Assembly (NCBI GenBank): GCA_035638075.1
Contig: DASRAU010000015.1
Coordinates: 19,609 to 83,608, forward strand
Origin: Verrucomicrobiia bacterium
GTDB taxonomy: Bacteria; Acidobacteriota; Polarisedimenticolia; Gp22-AA2
Direction of reading: 5' to 3'
Length of the DNA: 64,000 nucleotides
In this document: positions 50,181 to 58,917 of the stretch, piece after piece
Position numbering within the stretch: the stretch's first letter is position 1
Layout: every line of letters starts with the position of its first letter
Translations under genes and position numbers: made by a program
The notes under the pieces: generated by a model
Database searches by the model: none
What the model was told of the DNA's origin: nothing
The model's input: the letters and a program-made list of their open reading frames with translations, nothing else

Positions 50181-52007
50181 ATGACTCGCCGGTCCGCGCT
50201 CGGCGTCTGGTCCATCGCCTTCCTGCTGTTCTGCGGCTGTCCGGCGAAGCCCCCCGATCCGGCGCGTCCCGACATCGTCCTCGTCGTCGTCGACACGCTG
50301 CGCGCCGATCACCTCGGCGTTTACGGCTACGAGCGGCCGACCTCGCCGCAGCTCGATCTGCTGGCGTCGCGCGGGGTGGTGTTCGAGTCGGCCTGGGGAG
50401 CGGCGCCGTGGACGCTGCCGTCGATGATGTCCATCGTCACCGGCCGCACCCCGTCGTCGCACCGCGTCGAGAACGACGGCCTGCGCCTCGGGGCGGACGT
50501 GCCGACGCTGGCGGAGCTCTTGAAGCGGCGCGGCTACGCCACCGGCGGCTTCGTGTCGCACATCTACGTGACCGCGCCGTTCGGCTTCGGCCGCGGCTTC
50601 GAGCAGTTCGAGGATTTCGGGCTGACGCGGCCCGAGTACCGTCCCGAGGCGAAGTTCGAGCCGCCCGCCGACCAGGTCACCGACGCCGCCCTCGACTGGC
50701 TGCGGCGGCAGGACGGCAAGCCGGTCTTCCTGATGGTGCATTACTTCGACCCGCACTGGCCGTACGAGCCGCCCGAGGCGACGCGCGATCTCTTCCCGGC
50801 CGAGTACCACGGCGCGCTCGACGCCACGTGGGACAGCCTGTCGAAATTCCAGGACCCGTCGGTGCCGCTTCCGAATGACTACCGGGATTTCCTTCTGGCC
50901 CGCTACGACGGCGAGATCCGCTTCGTCGATTCGAACATCGGGCGGCTGGTCGAGGGGATCGAGAAGGAGGGGCGCAGCGGCCGCTCCTGGATCGTCGTCA
51001 CCGCCGACCACGGCGAGGAATTCAAGGACCATCGCTCGATCGGGCACGGCCGGCAGATGTACGAGGAGGTGCTGCACGTCCCGCTGGTCGTGGTGCCGCC
51101 GCGCGGTTCGCAGGGCGGCGCGCCCGACAACGGCGCCGACCAGCGGCCGGCGGGACACAGGGTCGCGCTGCCCGTGAGCGGCATCGACCTGCTGCCCTCG
51201 TTCGCGGAGATCGCCGGCGTGGCCGTTCCCGCCGGGGTCGAAGGGAAGAGCCTCGTGCCGCTCCTGCGCGGGACGACGGGAGGAGCGGGACCGGCCGCCG
51301 ACCGGCCGGTGATCAGCGAGACGGTACGGCTCAATGCCTATCGTCGCGCGGTGCGCGAAGGGAACCTCAAGCTCATCCACGTCATGGACGAGAGCCGCTC
51401 CGAGCTCTACGACCTGGCGGCCGATCCGCGGGAGCAGCAGGACCTGGCCTCGCAGCGTCCCGACGATCGGGCCCGGCTGACGCGCGCTCTCTTCGCGCGA
51501 CCGGACCTGCTCGCCGGGGGCTGGAACGTCCGCTGGAAGAGCGATGGCCGCGGCCGCCGCTTCGACGGCCGCATCACCACGAGCGGCATCTTCCGCAGCG
51601 TCGTGCCCCTGTCCCACGATGGCGGCGCCTACCGGCTGGAGAAGCCGGACACGCTGTCGTTCGCCGATCTCGACGAGAAGGCGGAGAGCGGCCTCGTCTT
51701 CACCGTCGCGCCGGAGACCGCGACGGTGACCTTCGAGCTGCGCGTCGACGGCCGGGCGCAGCCCGAGCACGTCCGCCTCGGCGGCGCCGGGACCCCGGCC
51801 GCGATGCTGCCGCTGCGGCTCGACGGGGCCGCGGGCCTCGACGGGCCGGCCGGCGCCGCGGCGCGCGTCTTCGAGCCGCCCCCGGAGGGCGCGGGACAGG
51901 GCGCCGGGTATCGCCTCTGGCGCACGCGTCCGGCCAGCGCCGATCAGGAGGTCGTCCTCGACGACGAGACGCGCGAACGGCTGCGTTCCCTCGGGTACAT
52001 CGACTAG
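50181..52007 (+). CDS. sulfatase-like hydrolase/transferase lipoprotein (alkaline-phosphatase superfamily, no formylglycine motif)
   Basis: Lipobox LLFCGC. VVVDTLRADHLGVYGY and TADHGEEF are typical of the sulfatase/AP fold, but the Cys/Ser-x-Pro-x-Arg position reads DTLRADH. Long C-terminal extension. Confidence 0.7.
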   Translation: MTRRSALGVWSIAFLLFCGCPAKPPDPARPDIVLVVVDTLRADHLGVYGYERPTSPQLDLLASRGVVFESAWGAAPWTLPSMMSIVTGRTPSSHRVENDGLRLGADVPTLAELLKRRGYATGGFVSHIYVTAPFGFGRGFEQFEDFGLTRPEYRPEAKFEPPADQVTDAALDWLRRQDGKPVFLMVHYFDPHWPYEPPEATRDLFPAEYHGALDATWDSLSKFQDPSVPLPNDYRDFLLARYDGEIRFVDSNIGRLVEGIEKEGRSGRSWIVVTADHGEEFKDHRSIGHGRQMYEEVLHVPLVVVPPRGSQGGAPDNGADQRPAGHRVALPVSGIDLLPSFAEIAGVAVPAGVEGKSLVPLLRGTTGGAGPAADRPVISETVRLNAYRRAVREGNLKLIHVMDESRSELYDLAADPREQQDLASQRPDDRARLTRALFARPDLLAGGWNVRWKSDGRGRRFDGRITTSGIFRSVVPLSHDGGAYRLEKPDTLSFADLDEKAESGLVFTVAPETATVTFELRVDGRAQPEHVRLGGAGTPAAMLPLRLDGAAGLDGPAGAAARVFEPPPEGAGQGAGYRLWRTRPASADQEVVLDDETRERLRSLGYID

Positions 52008-52033
52008 AGGACATCGACTAGACTCTCGACCCC

Positions 52034-54289
52034 ATGACGCGCGCGCGCAGGAAGAACGAGGGCGGGCGGCCGGCGATCCCCGGCTGGATTCCGCCCATCG
52101 TGGCGCGGCTCGGCATCCCGCTGGCCGCCGGCGTCGGCTTCGCGGCGCAGTTCCTGGTGTCGCTGCGGACCGAGAAGGTCTGGGTGACCATTCTCCCGGG
52201 CGTCCTGCTCTATCTCGTCGCGTTCGCGCTTCTGGTGATCGGCATGCGCGGCGGAGCGGGAATCCGTGGCGCGTCGGGTCGCCGTGCGGAGGCGCCGAAG
52301 CCGCTGGGACCGGATGACACGACGGTTCCCGGCGGGGTGGCGACGGGCGCGGCGGAGCCGGGCGCCGCCGCCGGGGGAACGAGCCGGGGCTTCCTCCTCG
52401 ACATCGACTCCTGGCTGCGCGGCAACGCGGAGTGGTGGCTCTTCGGCCTGATCCTCGTCGGCGGGTTGTGGCTGCGTCTCTACCGCATCGACCTCATCCC
52501 GTGGGGACTCAACAACGACGAGGCGATCAACGCCATCGAGGCGAACGAGATCGCGCAGGGAAAGAAGTTCGCGACGGTGACCGAGCGCGGGCTGAACCGC
52601 GAAACCATGTTCCACGAGCTCGCGGCCGTGTCGTACCGCAATCCCGGCCTCGGGCTGAACGTCCTGCGGGCGCTGCCGGCGCTCTTCGGCCTCAATGCGC
52701 GGACCATCAGCGATCCGCTGGCCGACGCCGTCTTCCCGCTGCGTGCCGTGTCGATCTTCGTGGCGATGCTGACGCTCGTCGCCCTCTATTTCTTCGCCCG
52801 CGCGTTCTTCGGAGTCCGCGTGGCGCTGGTGGCGCTGTTCTTCCTGGCGGTCTCGCCGTGGCACCTGCTCTACAGCCGTGTCGGAGAGCGGACCATCCTC
52901 GCGCCCCTGTTCATGCTGCTGACCGCGGGCATGTTCCTGCGGGCGCTGCGGACCGGACGAATCGCGGACCACGTCCTCTGGGGGCTGGCGCTCGGACTCG
53001 GCTTCTGGACCTACACCACCTTCCGCGCCGTGCCAATCGCCATCGCGGCTTTTTATGTCTGGCGCACGCTGCGGCGGCGGACCGGCTGGAACCTCAAGCC
53101 GCTCCTCGCGGGGGCGGGGCTCGCCGCGGCGGGGTTTCTCTTCGTGATGCTCTTCTCGGGGATGTCGCCGCTGGGATTCCTGCTGCGCGGCGCCTATGCG
53201 GCCACCCCGCCGAAGACCAACTGGGCGCTCAACATCTTCCACGCCGTGACCATGCCGCAGTACGACCCCTCGGATTACGCCGTCATCCAGAACGACGCGT
53301 TCATCAGCGACGGCATCAGCCCGACCTACGGGATCATCGGCCTCGAGCCGGACACGCTGCTCCTGGCGGCGTTCTCGGCGCTCGGACTGATCTTCGTCGC
53401 GGGGCTGGCGTTCTCCAAGCCGGCCGCGAGCCGAAGGGACGCGGAGCCGATGCCCGGCGAGCGGGGCGACGCGCCGGCGCTGCTCGTCTTCCTGGTGCTG
53501 GCGACGTGGCTGACCATCGGCTGGCTCGGGCCGAGCCTGACGCGGCTGCTGATGATCCTGCCGTGCCTGGTGCTGTTCGCGGCGCTGCTGTTGGTGCGCG
53601 TCTGGGACGACATCGCCGCGCTGTGGCCGCCCCTGACGACGTGGATCGGCGCCGCCGCCAGCGCCGGGTTGCTCGTGCTCGCGTGCGCCCAGGGCTTCAG
53701 CAACCTGTTCCTCCTGGCCGGGCGATCGGAGCGCGCTATGCAGCACTTCGGCGGGGTGCAGACGATCATGGGGATGTTCGTGCGCTCGCTCCCCGCCGAC
53801 CAGAGCGTCGTGGTGCTGCACACCCTGCGCGTGGACACGCTGACTTACCTCATCGGCGCCCGGCCGCGGGTGAAGCTTCTGACCGACACGCGCAAGGTGA
53901 GCCTCGACGACGTGCTCAAGACGCCGCACACGGTCACCTTCGTCGTCGAGTACGCCCGTCCGTTCGCCGAGCCGCTGCGGGCGCTCATGACCCGCTTCCC
54001 GCAAGGGGACATGACGCAGGTCGCCGACGCGCGTCTCGACCCCGACAAGCCGATCTTCTTCACCTTCACCCTCTGGAAGGACGCCAACGGCAACGTCATC
54101 TCGCCGCCCGAGGGCGGCATGACCGGCGGCCCCGCCGGGGGAGAGGGGATGAGCATGCCCTCCACCGATGAGCAGGGGCGCCCGATCGCGCCGCCGGCGT
54201 TCCCGCCGTCCGGTCCGCCGGGAGGCCAGCCACCGCCGGGAGGCGGAGCCCCGCCTCCGGGGGGCGGATCACCGCCGCCTCCGAACTGA
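52034..54289 (+). CDS. glycosyltransferase family 39/83-like membrane protein (ArnT/PMT-like)
   Basis: More than 10 TM helices, with an LNNDEAINAIEANEI acidic loop motif after TM1 as in ArnT/PMT enzymes. Pro/Gly-rich C-terminal tail (PPGGQPPPGGGAPPPGGGSPPPP). Confidence 0.7.
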   Translation: MTRARRKNEGGRPAIPGWIPPIVARLGIPLAAGVGFAAQFLVSLRTEKVWVTILPGVLLYLVAFALLVIGMRGGAGIRGASGRRAEAPKPLGPDDTTVPGGVATGAAEPGAAAGGTSRGFLLDIDSWLRGNAEWWLFGLILVGGLWLRLYRIDLIPWGLNNDEAINAIEANEIAQGKKFATVTERGLNRETMFHELAAVSYRNPGLGLNVLRALPALFGLNARTISDPLADAVFPLRAVSIFVAMLTLVALYFFARAFFGVRVALVALFFLAVSPWHLLYSRVGERTILAPLFMLLTAGMFLRALRTGRIADHVLWGLALGLGFWTYTTFRAVPIAIAAFYVWRTLRRRTGWNLKPLLAGAGLAAAGFLFVMLFSGMSPLGFLLRGAYAATPPKTNWALNIFHAVTMPQYDPSDYAVIQNDAFISDGISPTYGIIGLEPDTLLLAAFSALGLIFVAGLAFSKPAASRRDAEPMPGERGDAPALLVFLVLATWLTIGWLGPSLTRLLMILPCLVLFAALLLVRVWDDIAALWPPLTTWIGAAASAGLLVLACAQGFSNLFLLAGRSERAMQHFGGVQTIMGMFVRSLPADQSVVVLHTLRVDTLTYLIGARPRVKLLTDTRKVSLDDVLKTPHTVTFVVEYARPFAEPLRALMTRFPQGDMTQVADARLDPDKPIFFTFTLWKDANGNVISPPEGGMTGGPAGGEGMSMPSTDEQGRPIAPPAFPPSGPPGGQPPPGGGAPPPGGGSPPPPN

Positions 54290-54431
54290 GGCTCCGCCGA
54301 GCGGCCCGGCCGCATCGACGCGGGATGCGGCACACATCCGTCATGACTTGCCTCAGCCCTCTTGCAGGATCCGAAGGAATCGGCGAAAGTCCGTTCTCCG
54401 ACAAACGAAGGTCTTCACGACGAGGAGCGCC

Positions 54432-56153
54432 ATGATGCCAGGGCCTGCGATCGGATCGAAACGGGACTCCGGAGCGCCGCGCGTGCGGGACCTGCTCATC
54501 GTCGGAGCCTTCGCCCTGGCCGTCGCGGCCGCCGCGATGAATCCCGTGGAGGCGCAGACCTCCTCGAAGCCGGCGAACACGGCGGCGCCCTCCCCGGTGC
54601 AGGGGAAGAAGCCGAACATCCTGGTCATCTTCGGCGACGACATCGGCTACTGGAACGTCGGCGCCTACACGCACGGCATGATGGGTCGCACGCCGAGCAT
54701 CGACAGCATTGCGGAGCAGGGGATGCTGTTCACCGACCACTACGGCCAGCCGTCCTGCACGGCGGGGCGGGCGGCGTTCCTCATGGGGCAGCTGCCCGTC
54801 CGCACCGGCATGACGACCGTCGGCATCCCCGGCTCGACGCGCGGCATCCAGAAGACCGATCCGACCCTCGCCGAGGTCCTCAAGTCGCTGGGGTACGCGA
54901 CGGCGCAGTTCGGCAAGAACCACCTCGGCGACCGCAACGAGTTCCTGCCGACGATGCACGGGTTCGACGAGTGGTTCGGCAATCTCTACCACCTCAACGC
55001 CGAGGAGGAGCCGGAAGAGCTCGACTATCCCGGGCAGAAGAACCCCGAGTACCAGAAGAAATTCGGGCCGCGCGGCGTGCTGCACACCTGGGCGACGAAC
55101 GTGGACGACTCGACCACCGATCCCAAGTTCGGCCGCGTCGGGAAGCAGAAGATCCAGGACACAGGTCCCTTGACCCGCAAGCGGATGGAGACGATCGACG
55201 CCGAGGTGCTCGGCGAGACCCTCAAGTGGCTCGACGCGCACGGCAAAGGGGACAAGCCCTTCTTCTGCTGGTTCAACTCGACCGCCATCCACATCTGGTC
55301 GCACCCGACGGCGAAGTACGTGCAGAAGGCGGTGGACGAAGGGCGGGCCGAGGAGGACGTGGTGCGCGCGCGGATGCTCGAGCACGACGAGCACGTCGGC
55401 GCGCTCCTCAAGAAGCTCGCGGATCTCGGCGTCGCCGACAACACCATCGTCGTGTACACGACCGACAACGGCAACGAGCTGATGTTCTGGCCCGACGGCG
55501 GCTACGCCCCGTTCCGCGGCGAAAAGGGGACGACCTGGGAAGGGGGGGTGCGCGTCCCGATGCTGGCGAAGTGGCCCGGGCACATCAAGCCCGGGAGCGT
55601 CTCGAACGGCATCCAGAACCACGAGGACATCTTCGCGACCCTCGCTTCGGCCGCGGGCCTGCCGAACCTCGCGAAGGACCTGCTCACCGGCAAGCAGATG
55701 AACGGCACGAACTACAAGGTGCACCTCGACGGTTACGACCAGACGGCGTTGTGGACTGGCCAGACCGACAAGTCGGCGCGTCACGAGATCTTCTACTACG
55801 ACGAGACCGACCTCATGGCGATCCGCGTCGACGCCTGGAAGCTGCACATCGGTGTCAAACACCATGGCTCGTGGTTCGACGAAAAGGCGTACCCGAGCGT
55901 GCCGTACGTCGTGAACCTGCTCATGGATCCGATGGAGAAGATGACGCCGGACTCGGAGGAGTGGGGCTACATCGGCCGCAAGTTCCTCGGCGCCAAGCTC
56001 TGGGCGCCGACCGGGGCGACCCCGTTCATCGCGGCGCACCTCAAGAGTCTTCAAGACTTCCCCCCGAGCCAGGGGGCCGACACTCTCAGCATGAAGAAGG
56101 CGATCGAGGGTGTCATGAAGAAGATGGAGACCCCGCAGGGGAGCAACAACTAG
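54432..56153 (+). CDS. arylsulfatase-family protein with noncanonical C-T-A-G-R modification motif
   Basis: Signal peptide. ILVIFGDDIGYWNVGAY...GQPSCTAGRAAFLMG...GKNHLGD...TTDNG are sulfatase hallmarks. Pro and Ser of the CxPxR motif are replaced (CTAGR). Confidence 0.8.
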   Translation: MMPGPAIGSKRDSGAPRVRDLLIVGAFALAVAAAAMNPVEAQTSSKPANTAAPSPVQGKKPNILVIFGDDIGYWNVGAYTHGMMGRTPSIDSIAEQGMLFTDHYGQPSCTAGRAAFLMGQLPVRTGMTTVGIPGSTRGIQKTDPTLAEVLKSLGYATAQFGKNHLGDRNEFLPTMHGFDEWFGNLYHLNAEEEPEELDYPGQKNPEYQKKFGPRGVLHTWATNVDDSTTDPKFGRVGKQKIQDTGPLTRKRMETIDAEVLGETLKWLDAHGKGDKPFFCWFNSTAIHIWSHPTAKYVQKAVDEGRAEEDVVRARMLEHDEHVGALLKKLADLGVADNTIVVYTTDNGNELMFWPDGGYAPFRGEKGTTWEGGVRVPMLAKWPGHIKPGSVSNGIQNHEDIFATLASAAGLPNLAKDLLTGKQMNGTNYKVHLDGYDQTALWTGQTDKSARHEIFYYDETDLMAIRVDAWKLHIGVKHHGSWFDEKAYPSVPYVVNLLMDPMEKMTPDSEEWGYIGRKFLGAKLWAPTGATPFIAAHLKSLQDFPPSQGADTLSMKKAIEGVMKKMETPQGSNN

Positions 56154-56308
56154 CGGACGCGCCGGGCCCGCACTCCCGGCTGCGTGCTGCTACGCAAGCC
56201 CGCGTCGGAACGGCGGGCGGAAGCGTTCGCCGGCTTCGTCCTGGCGAGCCTGATGCAAGTCTCTCCGGTGCCGGACGAAGATGTCCTGTCCGGCAGAAGG
56301 AGAGAGTC

Positions 56309-56473
56309 GTGCCGGGACACAGCCACGGTTCGTCCGTCAAGAATCCCAAGCAGTACGAAGGCCTGCGCAAGAAGGGGATGAGCAAGGCGCGCGCGGCGCG
56401 CATCTCCAACTCGCCCGGAGCTTCGAAACGGGGAGGCAAGCACTCCCACTCGGGCTCCCATCGCAGCCATTGA
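56309..56473 (+). CDS. small basic hypothetical protein (54 aa)
   Basis: GTG start preceded by GAAGGAGAGAG SD. Sequence MPGHSHGSSVKNPKQYEGLRKKGMSKARAARISNSPGASKRGGKHSHSGSHRSH. Forms the C-terminal end of the otherwise spurious listed ORF 54362..56473. Confidence 0.45.
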   Translation: MPGHSHGSSVKNPKQYEGLRKKGMSKARAARISNSPGASKRGGKHSHSGSHRSH

Positions 56474-56615
56474 CGACCGAACGGGGAGTCCTCTTCCGAC
56501 GCCACCGGTGATACCCTCCCGTCACCGGCGGGCGTCCGCCGGAGGTTTCCTGGGCGCCCGACTTTCACCCCTGGCTCCCTCGGAAGCCGCGCCGGACTTA
56601 CACTTCAAAACCCTC

Positions 56616-56644
56616 TTGACATTCGCCTGATTTACCCCCATGCT
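56616..56644 (+). promoter_or_regulatory. candidate lexA promoter TTGACA-N17-CATGCT
   Basis: TTGACA at 56616-56621, ~75 nt upstream of the lexA ATG. The -10 element is weak. Confidence 0.3.
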
Positions 56645-56716
56645 GCGGGTCATCGCGGCACGCCCGGTCACGGTCGGACGGGACCCAGGCGCCGCCGCGC
56701 AGCGAGGCGCACCCGC

Positions 56717-57328
56717 ATGGCGGAAATCACCGACCTCACCGAAAAGCAGCAGGCGGTCTACGACTACATCAAGCGCTTCATCGGCGAGCGGGGCATGGCC
56801 CCCTCGTACGAGGAGATCCGCAAGGCGTTCCGCTTCCGCTCCTACAACTCGGTCCAGAAGTACCTCAAGCGGCTCGAGGAGAAGGGGCACATCAAGAGCC
56901 CGTGGGGGAACCGCAAGCGGGCGCTCGAGCTGACCGACCCCGGCCCGCTGCAGCGCACCATCCCGCTGCACGGCACGGTCGCCGCCGGCCGTCCCATCGA
57001 GGCGATCGAGACTCCCGACACCGTCGAGGTGCCCGAGACCCTGCTGCGCGGCGACGACCACTTCGCGCTGCGCGTCGTCGGGGACAGCATGGTGGACGAC
57101 GGCATCCGCGAAGGGGACATCATCGTCGTCAAGCGCCAGCGCGACGCGCGCAACGGCCAGACCGTCATCGCGCTCCTCGGCGAGGACGCCACGGTGAAGC
57201 AGTACTACCGCAAAGGCGACCGCATCGAGCTGCGCCCCGCCAACGCGCGCATGAAGTCGTTCTTCGTGAGCGAAGGGGACATCCAGATCCAGGGAGTGGT
57301 GATCGGACTCATCCGGAGGTTCGAATGA
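56717..57328 (+). CDS. lexA: LexA repressor (canonical, cleavable)
   Basis: 203 aa. wHTH N-terminus, Ala-Gly cleavage site (VAAGRP), catalytic GDSM and Lys (TVKQY). Confidence 0.9.
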   Translation: MAEITDLTEKQQAVYDYIKRFIGERGMAPSYEEIRKAFRFRSYNSVQKYLKRLEEKGHIKSPWGNRKRALELTDPGPLQRTIPLHGTVAAGRPIEAIETPDTVEVPETLLRGDDHFALRVVGDSMVDDGIREGDIIVVKRQRDARNGQTVIALLGEDATVKQYYRKGDRIELRPANARMKSFFVSEGDIQIQGVVIGLIRRFE

Positions 57329-57564
57329 GCGAGAAGGAACGCGAGCCGTCCAGCCTGCGCGTCTACAACGCCGTCGTCGAGCGCGACCTCGACAGCGGTC
57401 TCTACGTCGGCTACGTCCCCGGCTGGCCCGGCGCGCACAGCCAGGGCGCCAGCCTCGACGAGCTGCACGACCGGCTCGAGGAAGTGGTGGCGATGCTCCT
57501 CGAGGACGGTCGCATGCCGCGGGCGTCGGAGTTCGTCGGCGTCCAGACGATCCGGGTGGCGTGA
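57325..57564 (+). CDS. HicB-like (UPF0150) antitoxin-family domain protein, no HicA partner in window
   Basis: 80 aa. ATGA overlap with the lexA stop. VVERDLDSGLYVGYVPGWPGAHSQGASLDELHDRLEEVVAMLLE matches the HicB N-terminal domain pattern (...y.a.vP.lpGc.sqG.tleEa...). Confidence 0.55.
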   Translation: MSEKEREPSSLRVYNAVVERDLDSGLYVGYVPGWPGAHSQGASLDELHDRLEEVVAMLLEDGRMPRASEFVGVQTIRVA

Positions 57565-58043
57565 TGACGAGCGCGGCGCTTTCGGCACTCACGCTCCTGC
57601 TGCTGGCGGGGCCCGCTCCCGCGACGACCCCAACGATCCTTCACGCCCGAGGCACCTTCGACGTCAAGCTGACTCCCCAGGGGGAAGGGGACAAGAGCGA
57701 CGGCGCCACCACCGCCCGCATGACCGCCGACAAGCAGTACCACGGCGATCTCGAAGGGACCGGCAAGGGGGAGATGTTGTCGGCTCTCTCTGACGTGAAA
57801 GGCTCCGGCTCCTACGTCGCCATCGAGCGCGTCAGCGGCACGCTCAACGGCCGCAAGGGAACCTTCGTCCTCGATCACCGCGGCCGCATGACCCGCGGCG
57901 CCCAGCAGCTCGAAATCAACGTGGTGCCGGATTCGGGGACCGGCGAGCTCGCAGGAATCACCGGGAAGATGGAGATCACGATCGCGGAAGGGAAGCACAG
58001 CTACGACTTCGAGTACGTCATTGCGTCCGGGGCTCGTCCATGA
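57561..58043 (+). CDS. secreted DUF3224-like protein
   Basis: Signal peptide, then GSGSYVAIERVSGTLNGRKGTFVLDHRG...VVPDSGTGELAGITG. From memory this resembles DUF3224. Start overlaps the previous stop. Confidence 0.55.
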   Translation: MMTSAALSALTLLLLAGPAPATTPTILHARGTFDVKLTPQGEGDKSDGATTARMTADKQYHGDLEGTGKGEMLSALSDVKGSGSYVAIERVSGTLNGRKGTFVLDHRGRMTRGAQQLEINVVPDSGTGELAGITGKMEITIAEGKHSYDFEYVIASGARP

Positions 58044-58531
58044 AATCCCGCATCGTCAACCTGGAGAACGTGCCGCTGGTCACGCGCGGCAACGGGGAGA
58101 AGTACGAATCGACGTTCGCGCCGGTCGGCGCGCACCTCGACTCGCAGCAGCTCGGGTTCAACGTGACCCTCGTGCCGCCGGGCAAGCGCGCCTTCCCGTA
58201 CCACGCGCATCGCGGCAACGAGGAGATGTTCTTCATCCTGGAAGGGGAGGGGTCGGTCCGCATCGACGGCGAGACCCACAGAATCCGCAAGGGGGATTTC
58301 ATCTCGCTGCCGCCGGGGAAGGACTCGGCGCACCAGATCATCAACGACTCGGCGGCGCCGCTGCGCTACCTGGCGGTGAGCACGCTCAAGACGCCCGAGC
58401 TGGTCGAGTACCCCGACTCGGGGAAGATCGTCGCCACCGACGGCAAGGGAGGCGGGCGCCCGCCGACCCCGGACTCGATCCGGCACGTCGCGCGCGTCAA
58501 GGACGCGGTCGATTACTGGGAGGGGGAGTGA
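58040..58531 (+). CDS. cupin-domain protein
   Basis: The two cupin motifs, with His ligands in PYHAHRGNEEMFFILEGEG and HQIIN. Confidence 0.7.
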   Translation: MKSRIVNLENVPLVTRGNGEKYESTFAPVGAHLDSQQLGFNVTLVPPGKRAFPYHAHRGNEEMFFILEGEGSVRIDGETHRIRKGDFISLPPGKDSAHQIINDSAAPLRYLAVSTLKTPELVEYPDSGKIVATDGKGGGRPPTPDSIRHVARVKDAVDYWEGE

Positions 58532-58917
58532 TGGCGGCCCCGGCGTTCCTCGGACTGCGCACGGTCATCTACAAGGTCGGCGACCTCGCCGCGGCGAAGG
58601 CCTGGTACCGCAAGGCCACCGGCGTCGCCCCGTACTTCGACGAACCGTTCTACGTCGGCTTCAGCATTGGCGGCTTCGAGCTGGGGCTCGACCCCGACAC
58701 CTCGACCGGCAAGCCCGGGCCCGGCGGCTCGCTCGCCTACTGGAAGGTGGCGGACGCCGACGCGGCCCTCGCGCACCTGATCGCCATAGGCGCCAAGCCG
58801 CACGCCGCGGTCCAGGACGTCGGCGGCGGCATCCGCGTTGCGTCGGTCCTCGACCCATTCGGCAACGTCGTCGGCCTCATCGAAAACCCGCACGACAAGG
58901 TCCCGGTCGGGTCGTGA
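58531..58917 (+). CDS. VOC-family (glyoxalase/bleomycin-resistance fold) protein
   Basis: 128 aa. LRTVIYKVGDLAAAKAWY...FELG...DPFGNVVGLIE has the beta-alpha-beta-beta-beta VOC pattern. ATG overlaps the cupin stop. Confidence 0.65.
   Translation: MAAPAFLGLRTVIYKVGDLAAAKAWYRKATGVAPYFDEPFYVGFSIGGFELGLDPDTSTGKPGPGGSLAYWKVADADAALAHLIAIGAKPHAAVQDVGGGIRVASVLDPFGNVVGLIENPHDKVPVGS

Noticed and set aside
56474-56716. Canonical LexA operators (CTGT-N8-ACAG, GAAC-N4-GTTC, GTTC-N7-GTTC, Geobacter/Myxococcus-type motifs) upstream of lexA, recA and imuB
   Set aside because: None was found by eye. Only the GTCACCGGCG 10-mer similarity is reported, at low confidence.
57325-58100. HicA toxin partner for the HicB-like ORF
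   Set aside because: No ~60-aa ORF with the HicA pattern was found on either strand adjacent to it. The downstream gene is a 160-aa secreted protein with a signal peptide.
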